Source: Candidatus Latescibacterota bacterium
GTDB taxonomy: Bacteria > Latescibacterota > UBA2968 > UBA8231
Assembly (NCBI GenBank): GCA_965203175.1
Contig: OZ241867.1
Location: forward strand, 5,504,001-5,568,000
Length of the DNA: 64,000 nucleotides
Direction: 5' to 3'
Below are positions 10,404-19,099 of this stretch, piece by piece (the first letter of the stretch is position 1; each line of letters begins with the position of its first letter). The notes below the pieces were generated by a model that ran no database searches, had not been told where the DNA came from, and saw only the letters and a program-made list of their open reading frames with translations. A program made the position numbers and the translations under genes.

Positions 10404-12437
10404 ATGCGCCGTGCCACAATCGTCCTGTTCACCCTAATTCTAGCGCAAAGTGCCACCGCCCAGATTTCCCACTGGCAACTAGGCGGCAGCGGCCTAGCCT
10501 GGAGCGAGAACGACACCACCCGCCTCTTCGTCGATTTCGCAACGACCCCCGGTGCCATCCAGCCCACGTACTTCACGCAGGACGAGACGGTTTTTTCCCA
10601 CATCGGCAATTGGGCCTTCTGGCGCGACCCCAGTGACCGCATCTTCGACTACCTCGACGGCGAAACACCCCGGATGTGGAAGTGGAACCACGGCGTGCCC
10701 GATCCATCGGAAAACGGCTCCTGGCTCATCGACAGCGACCCTATCACCTACAATCCGCCCAAAGCCGACCGCATTGAAAAGGAAACTTTCACCATGGATT
10801 TGGCCGTGTCGGTGCCAGCGGTGGCCTTTGGCTTTATCCCGCCCAGCGAAGGCTTTCGATCCGACGGGACCCCGCTGGAAACGGACTTCGTTCCCGCCTT
10901 TCAGGTGACCGCCTCGGTCGCGCCCGAACCTCCAGTCCTCGAAGGCAATGTCAACCCACTCTCCACCGTCATCGCCGATGTTGACAACAATTTTACCCCG
11001 CGGGTCCGCATTGACTTCAACCGCCAGTATCTGCGCTTTTTCCGCTACCGAAGGACGCTCTCGCTACTGGATGAGGACGCCCAAGCCAAGAGCGGCAATG
11101 TCGCCTTTGCTCTCATCGGCTCGATCAGCGAATTCCAGCTCTTCGCCCAAGGCGTGCCGCAGCAGGCCATCTACAAGACCAAGATAATCGACCTCGGCAA
11201 ACCCGTGAATTTCGGGCGGCTGTTCTGGCAGGCGACGAAATTCCGCATGGTCAATGGGACCCCGGTGGAAACCCCCGACGCGGCGGCGCAACTTAAGATT
11301 GAGGTGCGCACCGGCTTAGACGACGATCCGGCCGTCTATCACGAATACATGGACACCGGACTGGAGCGGGTAGTCTCGCGCGACCACTACGAAAATGCCC
11401 TGCGCACCCGCTTCGTGCGTATTACCGCTGCATCCGACCTGAGCGAACGCCAGCCCAAGCCGGGCGTCCGCGCGTCCATCGGCTACGATTCAGACAACTG
11501 GACTTTCTGGTCCGCACCCTTCGTCGAATCGGGCCAACCGATCAACCTGCGCAACGGCACCCATTTGCAGTTCCGCGTCACCATGGAAAGCGATTCCTTC
11601 GACGACTTCGTGCACCTCGACTCGCTGTGGCTCGAAACCGCCCCGCTGTTGGCCGCCAACGTGCGCGGCGAAGTGGCTCCCCTAGACGATCCACAGCCCG
11701 CCAGCGGGATCACTCAAGTCCCCTTGGGCGAAGCAATAGAATTTGTCTATGATCTCCAAGCCGATTTCGCGACAGTTGACGCACCCGGCTTCGACCTGTT
11801 GCGCATTCGCACGGGGCACCAAACCGAACTCAAAAGCCTACAACTAGGCGAGAGCCGCACGGAAACTGCGCCTGCTGAGATCACCCAAGAGCCCGAGGGC
11901 CTACTCATCCACCTGCCCGAGCGCATCACCCGCGCCAACAATCCGCCGATCCGCATTGTCTTTGGCACGGAGATCTTTGAATTCGCAACCACTTTCCAGA
12001 GCGAGGTCCTAGACAGCGAACGCGACGTTCTGCCGCAACCTGTAGTCGGTGCTGATGTCGGCGCGGCCCTCTCGACCAACAGCCTGCGCGTGCTCGGCAC
12101 CACGGGGCAAACAACCGCCTTCATCCAGAACCTGACCTTTTCCTCTTCGGTCTTTACGCCCAACGGCGACGGTATCAACGACGAACTGCGCGTGGCCTAT
12201 TCGCTGTTCCGCCTGCCCGAAACCGTTCCCGTCGTCCTCGAGGTCTATAGCCTCGACGGGCGGCGCGTGGCCCTCGTCGAGGCCGGCTTGCAGAGCGCGG
12301 GGCCGCAGAGCCTGCAATGGGACGGGCGCGATGAATCGGGTCGGCGGCTGACGCCCGGTCTCTACTTGGTGGCTTTAGACCTGCGCTCGGAATTTGCTGC
12401 CGATCCCCAACTCCGTCCCTTGGGCATTGCCTACTAA
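10404..12437 (+). CDS. Array family A protein A3
   Basis: GGAG RBS, ATA-Q signal cleavage site and family A motifs. Ends GIAY. Confidence 0.85.
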   Translation: MRRATIVLFTLILAQSATAQISHWQLGGSGLAWSENDTTRLFVDFATTPGAIQPTYFTQDETVFSHIGNWAFWRDPSDRIFDYLDGETPRMWKWNHGVPDPSENGSWLIDSDPITYNPPKADRIEKETFTMDLAVSVPAVAFGFIPPSEGFRSDGTPLETDFVPAFQVTASVAPEPPVLEGNVNPLSTVIADVDNNFTPRVRIDFNRQYLRFFRYRRTLSLLDEDAQAKSGNVAFALIGSISEFQLFAQGVPQQAIYKTKIIDLGKPVNFGRLFWQATKFRMVNGTPVETPDAAAQLKIEVRTGLDDDPAVYHEYMDTGLERVVSRDHYENALRTRFVRITAASDLSERQPKPGVRASIGYDSDNWTFWSAPFVESGQPINLRNGTHLQFRVTMESDSFDDFVHLDSLWLETAPLLAANVRGEVAPLDDPQPASGITQVPLGEAIEFVYDLQADFATVDAPGFDLLRIRTGHQTELKSLQLGESRTETAPAEITQEPEGLLIHLPERITRANNPPIRIVFGTEIFEFATTFQSEVLDSERDVLPQPVVGADVGAALSTNSLRVLGTTGQTTAFIQNLTFSSSVFTPNGDGINDELRVAYSLFRLPETVPVVLEVYSLDGRRVALVEAGLQSAGPQSLQWDGRDESGRRLTPGLYLVALDLRSEFAADPQLRPLGIAY

Positions 12438-12447
12438 GGAAGGCTCG

Positions 12448-12564
12448 ATGCGACGCGCAACCCAAGGAGACCTCGTACCACTCGGCACCTATCTCTGCCG
12501 CATCGCCCTAGCGGCTGACGCTGGCGACGCTACAGCGCTGCGCACCATCGCCGTAGCGTACTGA
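12448..12564 (+). pseudogene. Chimeric 38-aa B-family remnant: B start codons fused in frame to the B2-like C-terminus
   Basis: Translates MRRATQGDLVPLGTYLCRIALAADAGDATALRTIAVAY*. The 5' part matches the B3 start (14678) and the 3' part matches 10224-10336. Confidence 0.85.
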
Positions 12565-12633
12565 TTGTTTAAATAGGATAATTGATTCCGGCGCATTATA
12601 TTACCCATGCTTCCCGCAAAAAGGAGGGTCATC

Positions 12634-14667
12634 ATGCGTCGAGCCACAATCGTCCTGTTCACCCTAATTTTAGCGCAAAGTGCCACCGCCCAGATTTCCC
12701 ACTGGCAACTAGGCGGCAGCGGCCTAGCCTGGAGCGAGAACGACACCACCCGCCTCTTCGTCGATTTCGCAACGACCCCTGGTGCCATCCAGCCCACGTA
12801 CTTAACGCTAGACGAGACGGTTTTTTCCCACATCGACAATTGGGCCTTTTGGCGCGACCCCAGCGACCGCATTTTCGACTACCTCGACGGCGAAACACCC
12901 CGGATGTGGAAGTGGAACAACGGCGTGCCCGATCCATCGGAAAACGGCTCCTGGCTCATCGACGGCGACCCTCTCACCTATAACCCCCCAATGGCCGACC
13001 TCGTCGAAAAAGAAAGCTTCACCATGGATTTAGCCGTGGCGGTACCAGCGGTGGCCTTTGGCTTTATCTCGCCCAGTGAGGGCTTTCGTGTCGATGGGAC
13101 CCCTCTGGAAACGGACTTCGTCCCCGCCTTTCAGGTGACCGCCTCAGTCGCGCCCGAACCTCCAGTCCTCGAAGGCAATGTCAACCCACTCTCCACCGTC
13201 ATCGCCGATGTTGACAACAATTTTACCCCGCAGATCCGCTTCGACTTCAACCGCCAGTATCTGCGCTTCTTTCGCTACCGCCGGATTATCTCGATACTAG
13301 ACGAGGACGCCCAAGCCAAGATCAGCAAAATCACCTTCTCCCTCATCGGCACAATCAGCGAGTTCCAACTCTTTGCCCAAGGAATACCGCAGCGGAGCAT
13401 CTACAAGACCAAGATAACCGACCTCGGCAAACCCGTGAATTTCGGGCGGCTGTTCTGGCAGGCGACAAAGTTCCGCATGGTCGATGGGACCCCAGTGGAA
13501 ACCCCCAACGCGGCGGCCCAGATCAAGGTCGAGGTGCGCACTGGCCTAGACGACGACCCGGCCGTCTATCACGAGTACATGGATACCGGACTGGAGCGGG
13601 TAGTTTCGCGCGACCACTACGAAAACGCCCTGCGCACCCGCTTCGTGCGCATCGGCTCCTCATCCGACCTGAGCGAACGCCAGCCCAAGCCGGGCATCCG
13701 CGCATCCATCGGCTATGATTCAGACAACTGGACTTTCTGGTCCGCACCCTTCGTCGAATCGGGCCAACCAATCAACCTGCGCAACGGCACCCATTTGCAG
13801 TTCCGCGTCACCATGGAAAGCGATTCCTTCGACGATTTCGTGCGCCTCGACTCGCTGTGGCTCGAAACCGCCCCGCTGTTGGCCGCCAACGTACGCGGCG
13901 AAGTGGCTCCCCTAGACGATCCACAGCCCGCCAGCGGGATCACTCAAGTCCCCTTGGGCGAAGCAATAGAATTTGTCTATGATCTCCAAGCCGATTTCGC
14001 GACGGTTGACGCCCCCGGCTTCGACCTGTTGCGCATTCACACAGGGCACCAAACCGAACTCAAAAGCCTGCAACTAGGCGAGAGCCGCACGGAAACTGCG
14101 CCTGCTGAGATCACCCAAGAGCCCGAGGGCCTACTCATTCACCTGCCCGAGCGCATCACCCGCGCCAACAATCCGCCGATCCGCATTGTCTTTGGCACGG
14201 AGATCTTTGAATTCGCAACCACCTTCCAGAGCGAGGTCCTAGACAGCGAACGCGATGTTCTGCCGCAACCTGTAGTCGGTGCTGATGTCGGCGCGGCCCT
14301 CTCGACCAACAGCCTGCGCGTGCTCGGCACCACGGGGCAAACAACCGCCTTCATCCAGAACCTGACCTTTTCCTCTTCGGTCTTTACGCCCAACGGCGAC
14401 GGTATCAACGACGAACTGCGCGTGGCCTATTCGCTGTTCCGCCTGCCCGAAACCGTTCCCGTCGTCCTCGAGGTCTATAGCCTCGACGGGCGGCGCGTGG
14501 CCCTCGTCGAGGCCGGCTTGCAGAGCGCGGGGCCGCAGAGCTTGCAATGGGATGGCCGTGATGAAACAGGTCGGCGGCTGACGCCCGGTCTCTACTTGGT
14601 GGCTTTAGACCTGCGCTCGGAATTTGCTGCCGATGCCCAACTCCGCCCCTTGGGCATTGCCTACTAA
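12634..14667 (+). CDS. Array family A protein A4 (recent paralog of A3)
   Basis: AAGGAGG RBS before ATG 12634. Colinear with A3. Confidence 0.85.
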   Translation: MRRATIVLFTLILAQSATAQISHWQLGGSGLAWSENDTTRLFVDFATTPGAIQPTYLTLDETVFSHIDNWAFWRDPSDRIFDYLDGETPRMWKWNNGVPDPSENGSWLIDGDPLTYNPPMADLVEKESFTMDLAVAVPAVAFGFISPSEGFRVDGTPLETDFVPAFQVTASVAPEPPVLEGNVNPLSTVIADVDNNFTPQIRFDFNRQYLRFFRYRRIISILDEDAQAKISKITFSLIGTISEFQLFAQGIPQRSIYKTKITDLGKPVNFGRLFWQATKFRMVDGTPVETPNAAAQIKVEVRTGLDDDPAVYHEYMDTGLERVVSRDHYENALRTRFVRIGSSSDLSERQPKPGIRASIGYDSDNWTFWSAPFVESGQPINLRNGTHLQFRVTMESDSFDDFVRLDSLWLETAPLLAANVRGEVAPLDDPQPASGITQVPLGEAIEFVYDLQADFATVDAPGFDLLRIHTGHQTELKSLQLGESRTETAPAEITQEPEGLLIHLPERITRANNPPIRIVFGTEIFEFATTFQSEVLDSERDVLPQPVVGADVGAALSTNSLRVLGTTGQTTAFIQNLTFSSSVFTPNGDGINDELRVAYSLFRLPETVPVVLEVYSLDGRRVALVEAGLQSAGPQSLQWDGRDETGRRLTPGLYLVALDLRSEFAADAQLRPLGIAY

Positions 14668-14677
14668 GGAGGGTTCG

Positions 14678-17029
14678 ATGCGACGTGCAATCATCGCCTA
14701 CCTCGTGCTAGCCGTCCCACTCGCCGCTGACATGCTCTCCTTTGACAGCGCCGAGGAATGGGCCCAATGGCAACAGCCCTTCGGTTTGGTCCAGGTCGGC
14801 GAACAGGGCCAGCTCTCACTCGTCAAATTCCGCAAGGATATCAACCTCGTCGAGAACGCGCACCTCTTCGTCCACGAGACCCGTACCCGGGGCGATGCCG
14901 TCGCCGGTGGGCTCTGGCAAGCCGGCTCCAACGAGGCCGACGCCCCGCTGGCCATCGACGGCGATCCAACGACCTATTGGCAACCCAGCCCGGACGACGC
15001 CCCCGAGGATTGGTTTATCACCATCGACTTAGGCCGCGCTGCCCTGGCCCGCGAGATTCGCCTAAAATTCCCCGACCAAGAGGACGCGCGTCCATTCCGC
15101 CAATTCCGCGTCTTCACAACCTCCGGCGTGCGCATCTCGGCCACCGAAGACCTCTTTCTCTACCGCCAAGCCTTCCGCACCACGCGCCCCAACGCCGAAT
15201 CAGAAATTGTCATCCCGTTGCGCTACGCTGGTCGCGACAGCGCGCTAGTGTTTGACCTTGATTTGGATCTAACGCCCACAGAACGCAACGACTACCGGTT
15301 AATCCAGTACATCCAAATCATTTCCGAAGAGCAGAACGCCAACGCCGCCCTCGCCGAGGTCGAGGTCATCGGCATTGGCGACAACATTGCCATAGGCACC
15401 AGCCTACGCGGCAATTTCAAAGAAGGCGATGGCACCGGCTCCACCCCCAACCTCTTCGACGCCAACCTCAACACCAACAATACCGTCACCGGCTGCCGTG
15501 GTAATCTGTCGGGATGGGCCGAAGGTGGCACGTGGTTCCGCGCGGATCTAGGAGCGACATTCTTTATCGACGAGATGTTCCTCTATTCCATGCGGCCAGA
15601 CGAAGGCACATTGGGTTTCACCGTCTCTGGGGCTGGGCCAGGACACACCATCCTCTTTTCCGACGGCACCCCGGCCACGGGCACCGCCCCACCCGTCGAA
15701 GTGCCCGAAAACGTCGATTACGAAGAGGTCTTCTCCCATCCGGCCCCCAACGCCGACGACCTGCTCTACATGCGCTATCTGTTTGAGCCGCGCAAGGCCC
15801 GCTACCTGTTCTGGCGCGGAATTAGCTGCAAGGGATGGGGTATCGTCAAGTGGGGTGAGTTACAACTATTCTCACCGGGTTATCCGGCCCAAGTCGAGTT
15901 GCGGTCGGACTTTATCAACCTCGGCGAGGTAGCCGGCGATGGGCGGCCCAAAGTCATCAAGGCCCTGCACTGGGACGCCGACTTGCCTCCGGGCACCCGC
16001 TTGCAATTGCGCTCCCGCTCGGGCAATGCGCTCAGCGCGGAGTTCACCTTTTACAACAAGAAGGGCGATCTGGTCACCGAGGAGAAGTGGAACAGCTTGC
16101 CCAAGGTGATCAGGGGACCTGTTGACTCGACCTTAGTCACGGGCGAAGACTGGAACGAGTTCAGCAATATCTACCAGTTTTCGGGCGAGGCCTTCAAATC
16201 GGCCAGTCCGCGCCGCTTCATATTGCTGGAGATGATCCTCTCCACCGACGACCCCGCCGTCGCCCCGACCGTCAATTCAGTCTCCGTCGAGTTCGAGGAG
16301 GCTCTAGTCCAAGGCGCGCGCGGCAGCGTCGCTCCCCGCGAGGCCAACCCCAACCAAGACACGCACTTCACCTACACCCTCTGGCCCGAGACCGACGAAC
16401 TCGACAGCGGCTTCGACCTAATGCGCTTCACCGTCCCCGAACCTGTTGATCTCCAGAGCGTCTCGGTGATGGTAGGTGCAGAATCGGTCGTTCCGGCTAC
16501 CCTGGACATGCAGGCCGACTCGCTGCTCATCGAGTTGCCGCAGGCGATTTCCGGCGACTCGCTGCAAGTGAGCTTCACTACCCGCCTGCTGCAAAACGCC
16601 ACCGTCTTTACCCTCGACCTCGGCTTGAGCGAAACACCGGGTCTATGGCAATCGGTCGAGGCGGCCGAGCGCCGCTCCAACATCGTCATGCTACCCGAAC
16701 TGACCAGCAGCGGCCAGCTCATCAGCGACCTGCAACTAGCCTCTACGACCGTAACCCCCAACGGCGACGGCATCAACGACCAGCTAGAGGTGCGATTTGT
16801 CGCCTTCAAAGTCGAGGGCTCGGAGCCAAGAGTGGAAGTTTTCGACCTAGCCGGACGCCAAGTAGCAGTCCTCACCCCAAGCGCCGAAGGCTCGCAACGC
16901 CTCTTCACTTGGGACGGCCGCGACGCCGACGGAGCGAGCGCCGCACCCGGCCTGTACGTCCTGCGCGTCAATCTGGGTGCCGATGCAGGCAATGACACTG
17001 CGTTCCGCACCATTGCCGTGGCGTACTAA
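14678..17029 (+). CDS. Array family B protein B3
   Basis: AAGGAGG RBS, ATG 10 nt after the A4 stop, and family B motifs. Ends AVAY. Confidence 0.8.
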   Translation: MRRAIIAYLVLAVPLAADMLSFDSAEEWAQWQQPFGLVQVGEQGQLSLVKFRKDINLVENAHLFVHETRTRGDAVAGGLWQAGSNEADAPLAIDGDPTTYWQPSPDDAPEDWFITIDLGRAALAREIRLKFPDQEDARPFRQFRVFTTSGVRISATEDLFLYRQAFRTTRPNAESEIVIPLRYAGRDSALVFDLDLDLTPTERNDYRLIQYIQIISEEQNANAALAEVEVIGIGDNIAIGTSLRGNFKEGDGTGSTPNLFDANLNTNNTVTGCRGNLSGWAEGGTWFRADLGATFFIDEMFLYSMRPDEGTLGFTVSGAGPGHTILFSDGTPATGTAPPVEVPENVDYEEVFSHPAPNADDLLYMRYLFEPRKARYLFWRGISCKGWGIVKWGELQLFSPGYPAQVELRSDFINLGEVAGDGRPKVIKALHWDADLPPGTRLQLRSRSGNALSAEFTFYNKKGDLVTEEKWNSLPKVIRGPVDSTLVTGEDWNEFSNIYQFSGEAFKSASPRRFILLEMILSTDDPAVAPTVNSVSVEFEEALVQGARGSVAPREANPNQDTHFTYTLWPETDELDSGFDLMRFTVPEPVDLQSVSVMVGAESVVPATLDMQADSLLIELPQAISGDSLQVSFTTRLLQNATVFTLDLGLSETPGLWQSVEAAERRSNIVMLPELTSSGQLISDLQLASTTVTPNGDGINDQLEVRFVAFKVEGSEPRVEVFDLAGRQVAVLTPSAEGSQRLFTWDGRDADGASAAPGLYVLRVNLGADAGNDTAFRTIAVAY

Positions 17030-17033
17030 TCCT

Positions 17034-18164
17034 ATGGCCGAACAAACCTACGACCTCTTGGTGCGCGCCCCGCGTCTCTTCTGTGCGGATAGCGGCCTAG
17101 ATGGCCCTGGCGCAGTCGCCATTCGCGGCGACCGCATTGTCGCCTCCGGCCCCGCCGTCGAGGGACCGGTCCACACCGTACTCGACTTCCCCGATGCCCT
17201 CCTCCTCCCCGGCCTAGTCGATCTGCACGCCCATCCGGCCCGCGGCCAATCGCGCTTTGGCATCGACCCAGACATCCACTTTTTGCCGCGCGGCGTCACC
17301 ACCGTCATGTCCCAAGGCGATGCCGGGGCTGTGAACATCGACGACTATCGCCGCACCGTGATCGAGGCCTCGCGCACCCGAGTGCTCCTAGCCATCAACC
17401 TGTGCAAACGCGGCGAGACCCACCCCGTGCGCTGCTTCAACGACTTGGCCGACGCCGATGCCCAAGCCTGCGCCGACGCTATTGCCGCAGACGACCGCAG
17501 CATTTGGGGCATTGCCGTCACCGTCACCGGCGGGGCCTGCGCCGACGGCCTCGACCCGCGTCCCATTATGGCCGCCGGGCTAGAGGCCGCGGAATTGAGC
17601 GGCAAACCACTGCTGGTGGGCACTCGCCTCAAACCCGACTGGCCCCGCCGCGAACAACTCCCCCTGTTGCGCCCCGGCGACGTGGTGACCTACTCCCTCA
17701 ATGCCTTGCCAGAAAACCTGATGGACGGCGACCGCATTGCCGACGACGTATGGGAAGCTCGCCAGCGCGGCGTCCTCTTCGACTTGGGCCACGGCATGAA
17801 CTCCTTCAGCTTTCCCATTGCCGAGGCCACCATTGCCGAGGGCTTCCTCGTCGATACGGTTTCGACCGACCAGTACCACCGCCACGTTGACAGCCGTCCC
17901 CAGCACGACCTCCCCCGCACGATGTCCAAGCTCATCGCCGCTGGCATGGACGAAGCAGAAGTATTCGCCCGCGCCACGGCCCGCCCCGCCGCCGTGCTGG
18001 GCCTAGAGGGCGAAGTCGGCAGCTTGGCTCCGGGTGCCTGCGCCGACCTAGCCGTGCTGCGCTGGAACGAAGAAGCCCTGCCCCTGCGCGACGTCAACGG
18101 CGAGGAGCGGCCCGGCGGCTGTTGGGAACCGGTGGCTACTATCCGCGGCGGCCAAGTGGTTTAG
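17034..18164 (+). CDS. Metal-dependent amidohydrolase/deacetylase (dihydroorotase-like family)
   Basis: Motifs PGLVDLHAH, RGVTT, FDLGHG..SFSF, STD, and G.LAPGACADL. Confidence 0.85.
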   Translation: MAEQTYDLLVRAPRLFCADSGLDGPGAVAIRGDRIVASGPAVEGPVHTVLDFPDALLLPGLVDLHAHPARGQSRFGIDPDIHFLPRGVTTVMSQGDAGAVNIDDYRRTVIEASRTRVLLAINLCKRGETHPVRCFNDLADADAQACADAIAADDRSIWGIAVTVTGGACADGLDPRPIMAAGLEAAELSGKPLLVGTRLKPDWPRREQLPLLRPGDVVTYSLNALPENLMDGDRIADDVWEARQRGVLFDLGHGMNSFSFPIAEATIAEGFLVDTVSTDQYHRHVDSRPQHDLPRTMSKLIAAGMDEAEVFARATARPAAVLGLEGEVGSLAPGACADLAVLRWNEEALPLRDVNGEERPGGCWEPVATIRGGQVV

Positions 18165-18199
18165 GGCCGTCCATTTCAACAATCGAGGATCAAAACACA

Positions 18200-19099
18200 A
18201 TGGCCGACAAACTAGCGCGCGGGATCTGGCCTGCGCTCGTCACCCCGTTCACCGACGACGGCAGCGCCTTGGCCCCTGCGCGCGTCGAGCCGCTCGTCAA
18301 GCACCTGATCGACGCTGGCTCAAACGGCTTTTTCGTCTGCGGTGGCACGGGCGAGGGAAGCGCCATGAGCGTACCCGAGCGCAAAGCCATGACCGAAGCG
18401 ACCATCGCTGCGGTCGCCGGTGCCGTGCCGCTGATCTTCCAAGTCGGCGCGACATCCACGGCCAATGCAGTGGAATTGGCCCAGCACGCCGCAGCCGCCG
18501 GTGCGGACGCCGTGGCTTCGGTCGCGCCGGTGGATCAGCCCAACGACCTCAAAGCCGCGGTCGCCCACTACGCAGCTATTGGCGCGGCTACCGACCTGCC
18601 CTTCTACGTGTATTGGCTCGCCCACACAGCCGACAAGAATGTTACCGCCGAACAGTTCCTCGAAGCCATGGAAGCCGTGCCCAACTTCAGCGGCCTCAAG
18701 TTCACCGACAGCAACTTCTACTTCTTCCAACGCCTCGTGCAACTAGGCGGCGACTACCTCAACCTCATCTCCGGCCCCGACGAAATCTGCCTCGGCGGCA
18801 TGGTCGCCGGCAGCGACGCAGCCATTGGCTCGACCTACAACATCATGCCCAAACTGTTCGTGGAAATGCGGCAGCACTTTGAAGCGAGTGATATCCAGCC
18901 AGCCATGGCCCTGCAAGCGCGCGCCAACGAGGTCATCTCCACCTTGTTCCACTTTGACCTGCTAGCGGCCGTCAAGGAAATGTTGACCATGCGCGGGCTA
19001 CCCGTAGGCCCTGCCCGTCCTCCTCGCACCCCGTTCGACGATGCGGGCCGCGCCGCGCTGTGCCAAGCGCTGGACGACCTCGGCTTTGCAGTGGAATGA
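18200..19099 (+). CDS. DapA/NanA-family class I aldolase
   Basis: Motifs PALVTPF and GGTGEG, Schiff-base Lys in GLKFT, and AIGSTYN. Confidence 0.85.
   Translation: MADKLARGIWPALVTPFTDDGSALAPARVEPLVKHLIDAGSNGFFVCGGTGEGSAMSVPERKAMTEATIAAVAGAVPLIFQVGATSTANAVELAQHAAAAGADAVASVAPVDQPNDLKAAVAHYAAIGAATDLPFYVYWLAHTADKNVTAEQFLEAMEAVPNFSGLKFTDSNFYFFQRLVQLGGDYLNLISGPDEICLGGMVAGSDAAIGSTYNIMPKLFVEMRQHFEASDIQPAMALQARANEVISTLFHFDLLAAVKEMLTMRGLPVGPARPPRTPFDDAGRAALCQALDDLGFAVE

Larger units (their letters stand above)
10224..14688 (+). repeat. Tandem duplication, unit ~2.23 kb (B 3' end + spacer + A gene + B start)
   Basis: A3 and A4 starts (10404, 12634) and stops (12437, 14667) are both 2230 nt apart. The 3' halves are nearly identical in DNA. 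Confidence 0.95.

Noticed and set aside
10404-14667. A3/A4 as a diversity-generating retroelement template/variable repeat pair
   Set aside because: The differences are not adenine-specific, include many synonymous C/T and C/G changes and span whole genes. No reverse transcriptase is present in the window.
1519-17029. Flagellar hook-cap (flgD) annotation for the array genes
   Set aside because: Only the terminal Ig-like domain is FlgD-like. The proteins have Sec signal peptides and there are no flagellar genes nearby.
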